64,000 bases of DNA from Candidatus Babeliales bacterium (GTDB taxonomy: Bacteria > Babelota > Babeliae > Babelales > JANWKD01), in NCBI GenBank assembly GCA_963762115.1, contig CAVXJH010000003.1, forward strand, positions 256,001 through 320,000, in the 5' to 3' direction. Of this stretch, positions 49,828 to 59,862 are shown piece by piece. The first letter of the stretch is position 1, and the number at the start of each line of letters is the position of its first letter. The notes under the pieces were generated by a model. That model worked only from the letters and a program-made list of their open reading frames with translations, searched no databases and was not told the origin of the DNA. The position numbers and the translations under genes were made by a program.

Positions 49828-51285
49828 ATGAAAAAGATACTCTTAATAACAATTCTAAGTTTAATGGGAATGACATTTGCTATGGAACAAAAGCAAATTG
49901 GCTTTCGAGTGACTCAATCTCAAAAAAATATAGCTTTATCACAAGCAACAGTAAATAATAATGAGAATTATGTCCTACGATTATTAGCGATAGGCGCAAA
50001 TCCAAATACCATTACAGAACAAAAACTCGGGCCATTATCTTTGGTTGAAATAGCAGTTACACAAGGAAATTGCGGTACTTTGAAAGCATTAATTGAAGCT
50101 GGAGCAAATTTAGAAACAAGAAACCTTGAAGGCCACACACCACTTATTCGTGCAGCATATGCAAATATGACCGAAGTTGCGCAAGAACTTTTAAAAGGCG
50201 GAGCCGATGTTAATGCAAAAAGTTTGAGAAGTCAAAAAACAGCTCTTTATAATGCACATCAAAATAGAAATTATCATTTGATAGAGCTACTCATTGCTTT
50301 TGGCGCAAACCTTGAAGAATTTAATAGAAGCGAACGACAAGAAATTTTCTCTGTTCTTAATACAAAAGGATATACTGATTTACATCCAATGAAATTTTTG
50401 TTTGAAGCAACACAAAATAATCCTACTATTTTGTTAAGAAAAGGTAATGATCTTAAACCAGCTTTGCATTATCTTCTTGAATTATTTTATTCTGATGTTA
50501 ATGATATGCAACAACTTAAAGCTTTCTATGAAAATTTAGAAAATAACACTAGTGAAGTCCTTCAGTCTGCTAAGGGCAGAGTATTTCAATTAATTAATGT
50601 GCAGATTCAAAAAGAATTTAACATTGATAAAAGCGATACTAAAGCGCAAACTCCGTTATATTTCGCATTAGAAAATGCCGATGAACAAATGGTACATCGC
50701 CTACTCCATCGTGGCGTTTACCAACCTATGAAAAATGGAATAACCACCATTTTAGGCCATATGATGGTCCCAGGCGAAAGCTTAGCGAATCCTTTTCATT
50801 ATGTTCTTACACAATTAAAAAATAATTACCAACTCAGAAATCTTTATCCCAATTATGCAGCAAAATATGAAGCTTATCTTTCCATTTTTAAGCTTCTTTT
50901 AAAGTATAATGAAGATCTGGCTCACGTAAAACTTAATTTCGAATTAGGAAGGTCATATGAGACGATGACACCTAAAGAATTTGCAGAAAAATATACTCTA
51001 CATGAAGTTATTAATCTATTACCAGAAAAAAGAGTACCTTCATTAAAGAAATTAACAAGCAAAAAAATAATCTCTAATGTGTTACAAGCAGATGATTTTA
51101 ATGAAAGTAAAAAATATCTATCTAGCTTGTCAACAGACATACTTGCTTTATTATTAGAGGAAATTAATAAACAAACTACATTTTTAAGTTGTAAACATGA
51201 TCAGGAAATATACAAACATCAAGAAAAACTTACTAGCCTCAAAAACGTTATACATACCTTGATGAATTTCAATGTAGCTATTTAG
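49828..51285 (+). CDS. Secreted ankyrin-repeat protein
   Basis: Signal peptide; GANPN, GHTPLIRAA, GADVNAK, QTPLYFAL. Confidence 0.88.
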   Translation: MKKILLITILSLMGMTFAMEQKQIGFRVTQSQKNIALSQATVNNNENYVLRLLAIGANPNTITEQKLGPLSLVEIAVTQGNCGTLKALIEAGANLETRNLEGHTPLIRAAYANMTEVAQELLKGGADVNAKSLRSQKTALYNAHQNRNYHLIELLIAFGANLEEFNRSERQEIFSVLNTKGYTDLHPMKFLFEATQNNPTILLRKGNDLKPALHYLLELFYSDVNDMQQLKAFYENLENNTSEVLQSAKGRVFQLINVQIQKEFNIDKSDTKAQTPLYFALENADEQMVHRLLHRGVYQPMKNGITTILGHMMVPGESLANPFHYVLTQLKNNYQLRNLYPNYAAKYEAYLSIFKLLLKYNEDLAHVKLNFELGRSYETMTPKEFAEKYTLHEVINLLPEKRVPSLKKLTSKKIISNVLQADDFNESKKYLSSLSTDILALLLEEINKQTTFLSCKHDQEIYKHQEKLTSLKNVIHTLMNFNVAI

Positions 51286-51529
51286 TGCGCAGACGATTAA
51301 TATTATCAACAGCTTCTTGCACCGTCTTAATATTTGCCGCTTCATCGTCATTAATTTCGATACCAAAGGTATCTTCAAATTTCATGATGATCTCAAGCAT
51401 ATCAAGAGAATCAGCACCAAGCAGCTCAAAAGATGATTGTGGCGTTATCGATGCTTTATCGATTGCCAAAGTATCAACAATAATTGCTATAACTTTTGCA
51501 TTGGTATCTTGTATATCAAATTGTGTCAT
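51278..51529 (-). CDS. acpP: Acyl carrier protein
   Basis: LGADSLD phosphopantetheine site. Confidence 0.95.
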   Translation of the reverse strand: MTQFDIQDTNAKVIAIIVDTLAIDKASITPQSSFELLGADSLDMLEIIMKFEDTFGIEINDDEAANIKTVQEAVDNINRLRTK

Positions 51530-51645
51530 AAAAATAACTCCTGCGAAACTAATTTTTTATTTCGAAATTATTAAAAAGGAATATCGTTAGTATACCGCAC
51601 AAAATACGAGTATCCAATATTTATAGAGAAATTTTAGAAATAATA

Positions 51646-52596
51646 TTACCGTGTGGATACAGACATTTCTGATACAACTTTTTTAAGTTCTTCAATATCA
51701 GAACGATTATTAACCGTGATAATTGGCTTATCAGGATACATATAACGAATTAACGGCGTTAATGTTTTTCCAGGACCGACTTCAACAATCAGATCCCAAT
51801 CGATGCAATGTTGTAAAACCTTTTTCCACAAAATCGGTGCATGCAATTGCTTCATGACACGTCGCTTGATAAGCTCACCTTTACTCACCACAGAACCATT
51901 GATACTTGCAATCAGAGGAACATTCGTATTTTTAAAATCAATTTTTTCAGAATATTGTTCTAAGATTGTCACAACCGGATCCATAAATGAGCTGTGCAAA
52001 CCAGCATCAACAGAAACTTCTTGCATAACACCATTTTTTTGATGCACCTTCTGCTCCAAAGCAGCAAACAACTCAGCAGAACCAGTCACCACATGTTCAT
52101 AATCATTATTATAAGCAGCAATTGAAATACTCAAATCACCCTTGCTTAATTCCGCACAAAAACGTTTAAGAAGCAAAGCGCTAATACCTTTTACCGTGAA
52201 TGCACGCACATTTAATTGTGGTAAAAGTTCTTTATAAAATAACGCATATTTTTGCAAAAAATAAAGACCATCGGGCAAGCTAATCCCATCAGCAGCACAT
52301 ATCGCACTCAATTCACCAATACCATAGCCTGCAACTGCTGCAATTGATATTCCTTCTTGCTTTACTAAAGCAGCAAAAGAAACACTTGTTAAAAAAAGCG
52401 CAACATATGCATTTTCAATTGATGATAATTCAGCATCAGATGAAGCAAAACAAAGTTTTACAAAATTAATCGAAAGGCAATTATACGCTTCTTCAAAATA
52501 TTCTTGCATGAGACGAGATTCATCATAGAGATCTTTTCCCATGCCCACAAACTGACTGCCATAATCAGGAAAGAGCAATCCAATCTTCATACGCAA
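51646..52596 (-). CDS. fabD: FabD-like malonyl-CoA:ACP transacylase with altered active site
   Basis: FP..GSQFVGMGKDL and LHS..M fold motifs, but GYGIGE in place of GHSLGE. Confidence 0.8.
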   Translation of the reverse strand: MRMKIGLLFPDYGSQFVGMGKDLYDESRLMQEYFEEAYNCLSINFVKLCFASSDAELSSIENAYVALFLTSVSFAALVKQEGISIAAVAGYGIGELSAICAADGISLPDGLYFLQKYALFYKELLPQLNVRAFTVKGISALLLKRFCAELSKGDLSISIAAYNNDYEHVVTGSAELFAALEQKVHQKNGVMQEVSVDAGLHSSFMDPVVTILEQYSEKIDFKNTNVPLIASINGSVVSKGELIKRRVMKQLHAPILWKKVLQHCIDWDLIVEVGPGKTLTPLIRYMYPDKPIITVNNRSDIEELKKVVSEMSVSTR

Positions 52597-52603
52597 TATC
52601 CCT

Positions 52604-54034
52604 TTAAACGAGGAACACCTTACTGTGTGCAGAAAATTTTTGTAAACGCCGCAGTGTTTCTTCTTTACCTAAAAGTATCATCAATTCAACTATGCCAGGA
52701 CTTGCCGTTGTTGCGGTGAGCGCAAGACGAATTGGTTGTGCAAGCATTACCAGCTTTATAGCATATTGCGCACAAACATCCTTTAGCAATATTTTTAATG
52801 AATCGGTTGTAAATGCATCCAGATTTGAAATTCTTTCTTGTAGAATTGCAAGTTGTTCAATAGTGTTTGCAGTAACCCACTGAGCAACATCTTCTTTTTT
52901 TGGCACATCGTGAAGATCATGTAAAGATTGCAATACGTGCATTAATTCAACTAATGTTGTTGTTCTTTCTTTGAATAAACCTATACCCAAAAGAATCTGT
53001 TCATGCTGCCATCCATTCAATCGGGAAGGCCATGTTACATCAATATCATTCACTATGCATTCAAAAAGTTTTTCAGCTGTATACGCTCGCATATAAACAC
53101 TATTCACCCATTGTAATTTTTGATGATCAAAAATAGCTCCATGCTTCCCAATCGCTGCCATCGTGAAATAATCGATCAGCTCTTGGCGCGTAAAAATTTC
53201 TTGATCCCCATGCGCCCAACCCAACCGTACAAGATAATTACATAATGCATCGGGCAAAAATCCATTCTTTTTATATTCAAGCACTGAGGTTGCACCATCA
53301 CGTTTACTTAATTTTCCACCAGACGGTGATAGAATGAGTGGTAGATGAGCAAAGAGTGGCAGCTCAAATCCTAATGCTTTATACAACAAAATTTGACGCG
53401 GCGTATTAGGAATATGTTCTTCTCCACGAATGACATGAGTAATTTTCATTAATGCATCATCAACAACAACAACAAAATTATAAATTGGCGTTCCATCTGA
53501 ACGCGCAATGATAAAATCATCGATCTGATCAAGCGCAAAGGTAATTGGCCCGTGAATAAGATCATCAAACATAATTTCATTTTGTTCCCGGGGAACCTTT
53601 AAACGAATCACGTATGGTTGCTCAGGATCATTATTTTGTGGTGTCTTTAATCTGCATTGCGCATTGTATTTAAAATAATTTTCACCATCTGCCGCCGTTG
53701 ATTGCACCGGACAATAGCACCGATACGCTTTTCCTTCATGCACCAATTTCTTAATCATTTCTTTATGTTCTGCAATAAATTCTGATTGAATGTGCAACGT
53801 TTCATCGCTCACAATATCGGTCCATGCTAATGAATCAATAATTGAATGCACATATTCCGCTTTTGATCGAACAAGATCAGTATCTTCGATGCGAACAACA
53901 AAAACACCTTTATGGTGACGTGCAAACAAAAAATTAAACAATGCCGCACGCAATCCTCCAATATGCAAATGCCCCGTTGGAGACGGAGCAAAGCGCACAC
54001 GCACTAATGATTTTTTTTGATCGGAATGACTCAT
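52604..54034 (-). CDS. gltX: Glutamate--tRNA ligase
   Basis: RFAPSPTGHLHIGG, HVIRGEEH, KLSKR; start taken at MSHSDQ. Confidence 0.96.
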   Translation of the reverse strand: MSHSDQKKSLVRVRFAPSPTGHLHIGGLRAALFNFLFARHHKGVFVVRIEDTDLVRSKAEYVHSIIDSLAWTDIVSDETLHIQSEFIAEHKEMIKKLVHEGKAYRCYCPVQSTAADGENYFKYNAQCRLKTPQNNDPEQPYVIRLKVPREQNEIMFDDLIHGPITFALDQIDDFIIARSDGTPIYNFVVVVDDALMKITHVIRGEEHIPNTPRQILLYKALGFELPLFAHLPLILSPSGGKLSKRDGATSVLEYKKNGFLPDALCNYLVRLGWAHGDQEIFTRQELIDYFTMAAIGKHGAIFDHQKLQWVNSVYMRAYTAEKLFECIVNDIDVTWPSRLNGWQHEQILLGIGLFKERTTTLVELMHVLQSLHDLHDVPKKEDVAQWVTANTIEQLAILQERISNLDAFTTDSLKILLKDVCAQYAIKLVMLAQPIRLALTATTASPGIVELMILLGKEETLRRLQKFSAHSKVFLV

Positions 54035-54066
54035 ATATTCCTTATGAACTAAGTAATGTTGAAAAA

Positions 54067-54738
54067 CTATGCTGTGTATTCTTTTAATTTTTCTTGCGCC
54101 AATACGGTCCAAGGCGATGAAGCAAGACCACCTTCAGGGAAAGCAACAATAAGCTGATTTAAAAGTTCTTGAGCACGATCCCCTGATCCTTGCATCGCAA
54201 AATAGTGTGCTAAATAATATAATGCTTGATCTCTATTTTTATTTTTTAAATTTATTGCCAATGCTTCTAGATCGCGCAATCCATTATTTTTTAATGACTC
54301 ATCATCACTATCAAGTTTCATGCGTGCAGCTTGAATTGCATAGGTAAAATATAATGGTGAGCTTTTTGATATCATGCCAACAACACGATCCAATGAGTTA
54401 ATCGCTTCATGTAACTTTCCTTGTCCAATCAATGATTGCACTTCAAGGGCAAGAAAATATGGCGCTAATGATGAACCACTATGTTGGCGATAACCTGTCA
54501 TCGCCGCTAAAGCAACGGTAGGCCACAAAGCAGGATTATGTTGAGCACCATTAAATTCTTGAATACAAGTGACAAAAGCAAGCTGAGCAGCCTCTTCTTG
54601 ATGATTACGATACAGCCAATAACCAAATGTTGCTGCAGCACTTAATCCCATAATGCCAACAACAATAATTATTCCTTTTGTATAACGATTAATAAATGAT
54701 TGTAAGTAAGGCAAAGATATATAATTTGTCATGATCAA
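54067..54738 (-). CDS. YfgM-like membrane-anchored TPR protein
   Basis: Single TM followed by TPR-like helices (ALYYLA..AQELLNQLIVAFP). Confidence 0.6.
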   Translation of the reverse strand: MIMTNYISLPYLQSFINRYTKGIIIVVGIMGLSAAATFGYWLYRNHQEEAAQLAFVTCIQEFNGAQHNPALWPTVALAAMTGYRQHSGSSLAPYFLALEVQSLIGQGKLHEAINSLDRVVGMISKSSPLYFTYAIQAARMKLDSDDESLKNNGLRDLEALAINLKNKNRDQALYYLAHYFAMQGSGDRAQELLNQLIVAFPEGGLASSPWTVLAQEKLKEYTA

Positions 54739-54797
54739 TGTTTCTCCTATTATTAAATTTTGAATTTATCAAAACTTACCATACTCTGATGAAACAC

Positions 54798-55868
54798 TCA
54801 AGACGAACTCATCTCAAATGATAAGTCAAGATCGCGAACAGCAGTAATGGTAATCGATTGTTTTACTAATTGCTCTGATAACAAGGCGTTAAATTTTTTT
54901 ATTGTTTGTTTTTGCACAACAGAATGAGCAAAAAGAATTGCATTTTCAATTGCTTTAGCATTTGAGCAACCATGAGCAACAATGAGAGGATGATTCAACC
55001 CAAGCAATAATGCCCCACCCTGCTCACGATAATCAATTTTCTCTTTGAGTGGTTTCATCAAATTTTTACTTAATAACCCTAATAATTTCCCATACCACGA
55101 GCAACCATATGCTTGTTTCATCCAATCAAAAAGTGCTTGAGCTGTGCCTTGAACCGATTTTAATAAGATATTACCCACAAAACCATCACACACCAGCACA
55201 TCAGCAGCACCATTAAAAATTTCTCGCGCTTCAAGATTACCGATAAAATTAAGCGACATACTATTTTCTAATAATTCATATGCTTGCTTGACAGCTTGCG
55301 AACCCTTATAAGGTTCTTCACCATTAGAAAGCAAAGCGACACGAGGTTCAGAACACGCTGTTGTTTGCTGCACAAAGAGAGTGCCCATAAGAGCAAATTG
55401 TCTGAGATATTCAGCTTTGCAATCAGTGTTTGCACCAACATCAATAACAAAAACCGGATCTTTTTTGGTAGGCAAAAAGGTGCCAAGAGCAGGTCTTGCC
55501 AGCCCCGGCACCCTTCCTAATACCATAATTCCAGCAACAAGCGCCGCCCCTGAATTACCAGCGGAAACAACTGCTTGTGCTTTTTGTTCTGCAACTGCTT
55601 GAATTGCAGAAAACAATGAAGAATCTTTTTTTCGTAACAAATCTTTGGTCGGCTCATCACCCATGCCAACCACCGTGCGGCAATCAACAATTTTTATAGG
55701 TAAAGCACGCCAATATTTATCACATTCACCTAATACCTGTTCAATGACTTCTTGATGCCCAAAAAGCGTAATGGAAACCTTACTTGAGGTGTTCATTACT
55801 GCATTATAAGCACCCTGAACGACAACTTTTGGTGCAAAATCGCCGCCCATAGCATCAACAGCTATCAT
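54798..55868 (-). CDS. plsX: Phosphate acyltransferase PlsX
   Basis: IAVDAMGGDFAP, SAGNSGA, DVGAN, CDGFVGN, GGALLLG. Confidence 0.97.
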   Translation of the reverse strand: MIAVDAMGGDFAPKVVVQGAYNAVMNTSSKVSITLFGHQEVIEQVLGECDKYWRALPIKIVDCRTVVGMGDEPTKDLLRKKDSSLFSAIQAVAEQKAQAVVSAGNSGAALVAGIMVLGRVPGLARPALGTFLPTKKDPVFVIDVGANTDCKAEYLRQFALMGTLFVQQTTACSEPRVALLSNGEEPYKGSQAVKQAYELLENSMSLNFIGNLEAREIFNGAADVLVCDGFVGNILLKSVQGTAQALFDWMKQAYGCSWYGKLLGLLSKNLMKPLKEKIDYREQGGALLLGLNHPLIVAHGCSNAKAIENAILFAHSVVQKQTIKKFNALLSEQLVKQSITITAVRDLDLSFEMSSS

Positions 55869-55871
55869 TTT

Positions 55872-56138
55872 TTATTCTTCTGATTGAGTATCGATTGGCG
55901 CTTCTTTGCTGCTTTTTGCTGATTTTGCTTGTTGCGATTCAACGCGCTTGATCCCACGTTCGATCTTAGTTTCAAGAACTTTTGCTCCCTTATAAAAACC
56001 ACAGCTTTTGCACACTTGATGTGGCGCTATTGCAGTTTTACACTGAGCGCAAGCAGTAAAAGCTTGAACTTTGATACCTTTATTAGCAAATCTTTTATCT
56101 CTGCGGGCTTTCGACCGCTTCCGTTTTGGTACTGGCAT
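55872..56138 (-). CDS. rpmF: 50S ribosomal protein L32
   Basis: MPVPKRKRSKARRDKR, CxxC..PH.VCxxCG; upstream of plsX. Confidence 0.96.
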   Translation of the reverse strand: MPVPKRKRSKARRDKRFANKGIKVQAFTACAQCKTAIAPHQVCKSCGFYKGAKVLETKIERGIKRVESQQAKSAKSSKEAPIDTQSEE

Positions 56139-56248
56139 ACGTAATTACTCCGATAACTATAAAATAAGGCGTTTAAGCCAACGAATTTTACTAGTTACTT
56201 TACCAGATTTACCAAAAAAGACAATTTTTACCTTTTTTTTAAAAAAGA

Positions 56249-56284
56249 AAGAGTAGCTTTTTTCATGCTAAAAAAAGCTACTCT
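56249..56284. terminator. Inverted repeat downstream of the 56293 gene
   Basis: AGAGTAGCTTTTT / AAAAAGCTACTCT; T-rich tail on the minus strand. Confidence 0.55.
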
Positions 56285-56292
56285 CTTATTAC

Positions 56293-57513
56293 TCAGTATA
56301 ATACATGAAACCCTGGTTTTTCCTCAACTGAATGCCCACGCAATAAAACACTTGAGAGTTGATGCAAGGATCCCTGCAGCTCTATTAAAGATTTTTTAAG
56401 CATCTCTTCTTGTTGAGCTTTCAATAATACAGCTCTTTCACGAGCTTCTTGCTCAGCCTGTCTTCGCGCTGCTTCTTCGGCTTCTTTGAGCTTAGCATCT
56501 TTTTTCGCAGCTTTTCTTTGCATTTCAGCTTCGCGCTTCTGCTTTCTCTCTAAGGCAATTTTTTCAGCTTCTTGTCTTGCAATTTCACGTTGTTTTTCTT
56601 CTGCTAACATCTCGGAAGGAGATAGGAACTGAGATTCTTCTGCTTTTTTTTCTGGCAATGGCTCACCGGGAGCAAATGACGGAAACTCTACTTCTTCAGC
56701 AGCAACCGCTACCTCTTCCGGAACAGGTGGCAATTCTAGCTCTTCTTTTATGCGCTTTTCAATTACCGATGCCCCGAGTTCACGAGATTCTGATTCTTCT
56801 TTGGGCAAACCTACAAAAAATTCTTTAATAGTTTCAAGAATACCACTAGGTTCTTCTTTTTTTGCAATCGGCGAAACTGGCTTTAGTGGTTGTAATTTTT
56901 CTTCTTCAAGCACAGCCTCTTTAGCAAAAGCCTTTTTAATCTCTTCTGGGCTCAAGGGCGCACCCAAGCTTTTAGGACGAGGCCTAAAGAGTTTTTTTCC
57001 TGTAACAACTGGCTCTTCACGAGTTAAAACTGCAAATGGTTGCTCTGGTTGTGGTTTGCCTCCAGCTTGAGCACCACCTGTTTTTCTAAGAGACGATCGT
57101 CCCTCAGCTCCTATCACTGGCAAATTTATAGGTTGCCCTGGACGTTGATATCTAGCGCTTTCAACAGTCGGCTCACTAAATGTTTTTATTACTTCTCTTC
57201 CTTCAACAGGTTTGGGAGTAACTGAAATAGAAGGAATTGTTTTTTTACGTCGAGGACGCTTAAACGATCTTAATCGTTTTCCTGCTCGTTTTTTTTGCTC
57301 GCGGATCAAATTACTTTGTTCTTCTGCTACTATTTCAGACAACTCACCTTGTTGCTCGAATACAGCCCCAATTTCTCTTAATCTATTTTCAATCTGTTCA
57401 TCACTCAACACTGAATAATCAGGAGCACCTAGCTCTTCCATACCCCACAAAGAACCCGTGCTCACATTTAAGCACAGCGTAAATAGAAAAATTTTATACA
57501 ATTGCTTCATCAC
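56293..57513 (-). CDS. Secreted low-complexity/coiled-coil hypothetical protein
   Basis: Signal peptide ..LWG-MEE; Pro/Glu/Lys-rich; C-terminal amphipathic motif shared with its neighbour. Confidence 0.75.
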   Translation of the reverse strand: MMKQLYKIFLFTLCLNVSTGSLWGMEELGAPDYSVLSDEQIENRLREIGAVFEQQGELSEIVAEEQSNLIREQKKRAGKRLRSFKRPRRKKTIPSISVTPKPVEGREVIKTFSEPTVESARYQRPGQPINLPVIGAEGRSSLRKTGGAQAGGKPQPEQPFAVLTREEPVVTGKKLFRPRPKSLGAPLSPEEIKKAFAKEAVLEEEKLQPLKPVSPIAKKEEPSGILETIKEFFVGLPKEESESRELGASVIEKRIKEELELPPVPEEVAVAAEEVEFPSFAPGEPLPEKKAEESQFLSPSEMLAEEKQREIARQEAEKIALERKQKREAEMQRKAAKKDAKLKEAEEAARRQAEQEARERAVLLKAQQEEMLKKSLIELQGSLHQLSSVLLRGHSVEEKPGFHVLY

Positions 57514-57583
57514 ACTTCTCCTTTAAAACTCATCTCAGCCTTTGATAAAACTAAAAAAAACGTTATTCGCTTTATTCACAAAT

Positions 57584-58639
57584 TTATACATACCTCAATG
57601 TATTAGCCAAATACAATAAAGCTTGCTGCAATTCTTCTAACATTTTTTTAAGCTGCATTTCATATTGTTTTTCCATTTCTTTTCGTTTTTCTCTTGCAAT
57701 AGGTTTTATTAATTGTTTGGATTGAGGAATTGATTTTTCTGGAGAAAATATTAATTCTTTTTCAAGTGATTGCTCAATAGCCGGAGAAATATATTTTTCC
57801 TTGAGCAATTTTTCTGCTCGTTTTTTCTCTCTTTCCGGTCTTTGTGCCTCATACTCTTCAACCGATTCAGCCCATCTTAATCTTTTTCCTGGCTTTAATG
57901 GCTCTACAGGAGCAAGTGGTTTTTTTGAAATTAATGGAGGTTCCTCAGAAAATCTCTCTGCAGGCAAAATAGGCTTATCACTAGGAAATCTCTCATTACG
58001 ATAAATTTCATAAATATAGGCCGGCGTTCTTTCGTCTTTTACTAATTTTATCATTTCATTATCAACATTTGTTAATGCTTCATTAACTTTCTGATAATCT
58101 TCATAATCAGTTTTATCTGGACTCATATCATTTTTTTTATTTTGCAACTGATGATAGCGCGCTAACATTTGTCGTAATCTTTTTTCAATTATATCAGGTT
58201 GCCACGCGGCTTGATAATATAAATCCGCTCGACTGGCTCTAGCAAGAAGTTCATGTGCAGGTATTTCTGGAATAGAAATACCTGCGAGACCTGCATCCTT
58301 TGACAATTCACCAACAAATTTCTCAAATTTTTTAGATTGTTTTTTTTTCTTACGTAATTCTTCAACTAATTTTTCTGTTTCTTTAGCAATTGCATCTCGT
58401 TCTTCCCACACAACATAAAATTGTTTTTCATCTTCTTCAGTTTTAAACGAATCATTATTCGCCTTATAAGCATTCAATAACTCTAAATATTTATCTTTTA
58501 TAAGCTCATATTGTTCTTCTAATTCATTCAATCGTAGTAAAATTGCTTTTTCTGAATTATAGATACTTCCCCGCTCTTCCATACATAACAATACTGAAAA
58601 ACAACAGAAAGCGATCATCACTAAAAGTTTTTTCATCAT
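57584..58639 (-). CDS. Secreted coiled-coil hypothetical protein
   Basis: Signal peptide ..LLC-MEE; start taken at MMKKLL after AAGGGG. Confidence 0.75.
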   Translation of the reverse strand: MMKKLLVMIAFCCFSVLLCMEERGSIYNSEKAILLRLNELEEQYELIKDKYLELLNAYKANNDSFKTEEDEKQFYVVWEERDAIAKETEKLVEELRKKKKQSKKFEKFVGELSKDAGLAGISIPEIPAHELLARASRADLYYQAAWQPDIIEKRLRQMLARYHQLQNKKNDMSPDKTDYEDYQKVNEALTNVDNEMIKLVKDERTPAYIYEIYRNERFPSDKPILPAERFSEEPPLISKKPLAPVEPLKPGKRLRWAESVEEYEAQRPEREKKRAEKLLKEKYISPAIEQSLEKELIFSPEKSIPQSKQLIKPIAREKRKEMEKQYEMQLKKMLEELQQALLYLANTLRYV

Positions 58640-58739
58640 GCCCCTTTTTACCATGAATAATTTCATTATTAGTAAAAAGAGTAAAAAAGCTTAATGACGA
58701 AAGTCAATATAAAGATGGCAAACACATAACAGCAAAAAG

Positions 58740-59861
58740 TTATTGTGTATGCCACATACCCATAAAATTTTGTATAATTTTTCCTTCAAGTTGCAAATCA
58801 AACAATGCAGTTTGCAACTCTAAGAGAGAACGATTTGTTTTTTGTTCTAATTCATCAATTGAGATAGGATATTTACATAAGGAAAGCAACGGGTCAGCTA
58901 CAACAGCAGTTTCTGTTTCCGTTGGTATTGTTGTTTGTATGAACGCCTCGCCCGTAGTGCACACGTCATTATTTTGAGTAATATGCCCACATTCCTGCAA
59001 AATGTCTTGTGCCGATGTTGCTGCATGAGCACCCTGCTTGAGCAAGGCATGGCAGCCAGAACTCATGGGATCATCAAACTGACCTGGAACAGCAAAAACT
59101 TCTCTTCCTTGCTCTAAGGCAAATGATGCCGTAATCAGTGAACCACTTTTTTGTGCCGCTTGCACAACAACACATGCTTTGCTGAGGCCTGAAATAATGC
59201 GATTACGTGCGGGAAAATGGCCTGGCAACGCTTCTATTCTCATTGAAAAAGATGAAAGCAAGGTGCCACCGCGCTCAAGTACAGCAGAAAACAATGCTTT
59301 ATTTTGACGCGGGTAAAGATGCATTAATCCTGAGCCAAGCACCACCGTTGTTTGACCACCAGCCTGCAAAGTAGCTTGATGCGCTAAAGTGTCAACACCT
59401 AATGCACCGCCACTGACAATATGCCAACCTTGCTCTACTAACGGCGGAATAAACGCATCGACAACCTTTTTACCATACGCTGTTGCTGCGCGTGCGCCAA
59501 CAAAAGCAATAGCAGGAACATTATTGTACGGCGCTTGTCCTTTATAATAGAGAACAGCGGGCGGCATATAAATAGCGCGCAAAAGTGATGGATAAGCATC
59601 ATCCAAAACCGTAAGAATCTGCACATTTTCTTTTTCAATCAATGCACATTCTTGCTCAAGCACCTTCTGATCTTCTAATCCAGCAACAAGATCGAGTGCC
59701 ATTTGTAATGACAAACCACACTGATTCACAAAATCTGATGCCGACCACGCATACAGATCAGACAAATGATCAGCGGGAACGATTTCTAAAATGCGACTGA
59801 TAACAGCAGAACCTGCACCCTTCACTAATGAAAGGTGCAGCATACTTGTGCGATTACTCAT
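58740..59861 (-). CDS. dprA: DNA-processing protein DprA
   Basis: YPSLL, AFVGAR, VSGGALGVD, FPARNRIISGL, SGSLITA, GREVFAVPG. Confidence 0.96.
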   Translation of the reverse strand: MSNRTSMLHLSLVKGAGSAVISRILEIVPADHLSDLYAWSASDFVNQCGLSLQMALDLVAGLEDQKVLEQECALIEKENVQILTVLDDAYPSLLRAIYMPPAVLYYKGQAPYNNVPAIAFVGARAATAYGKKVVDAFIPPLVEQGWHIVSGGALGVDTLAHQATLQAGGQTTVVLGSGLMHLYPRQNKALFSAVLERGGTLLSSFSMRIEALPGHFPARNRIISGLSKACVVVQAAQKSGSLITASFALEQGREVFAVPGQFDDPMSSGCHALLKQGAHAATSAQDILQECGHITQNNDVCTTGEAFIQTTIPTETETAVVADPLLSLCKYPISIDELEQKTNRSLLELQTALFDLQLEGKIIQNFMGMWHTQ

Positions 59862-59862
59862 G

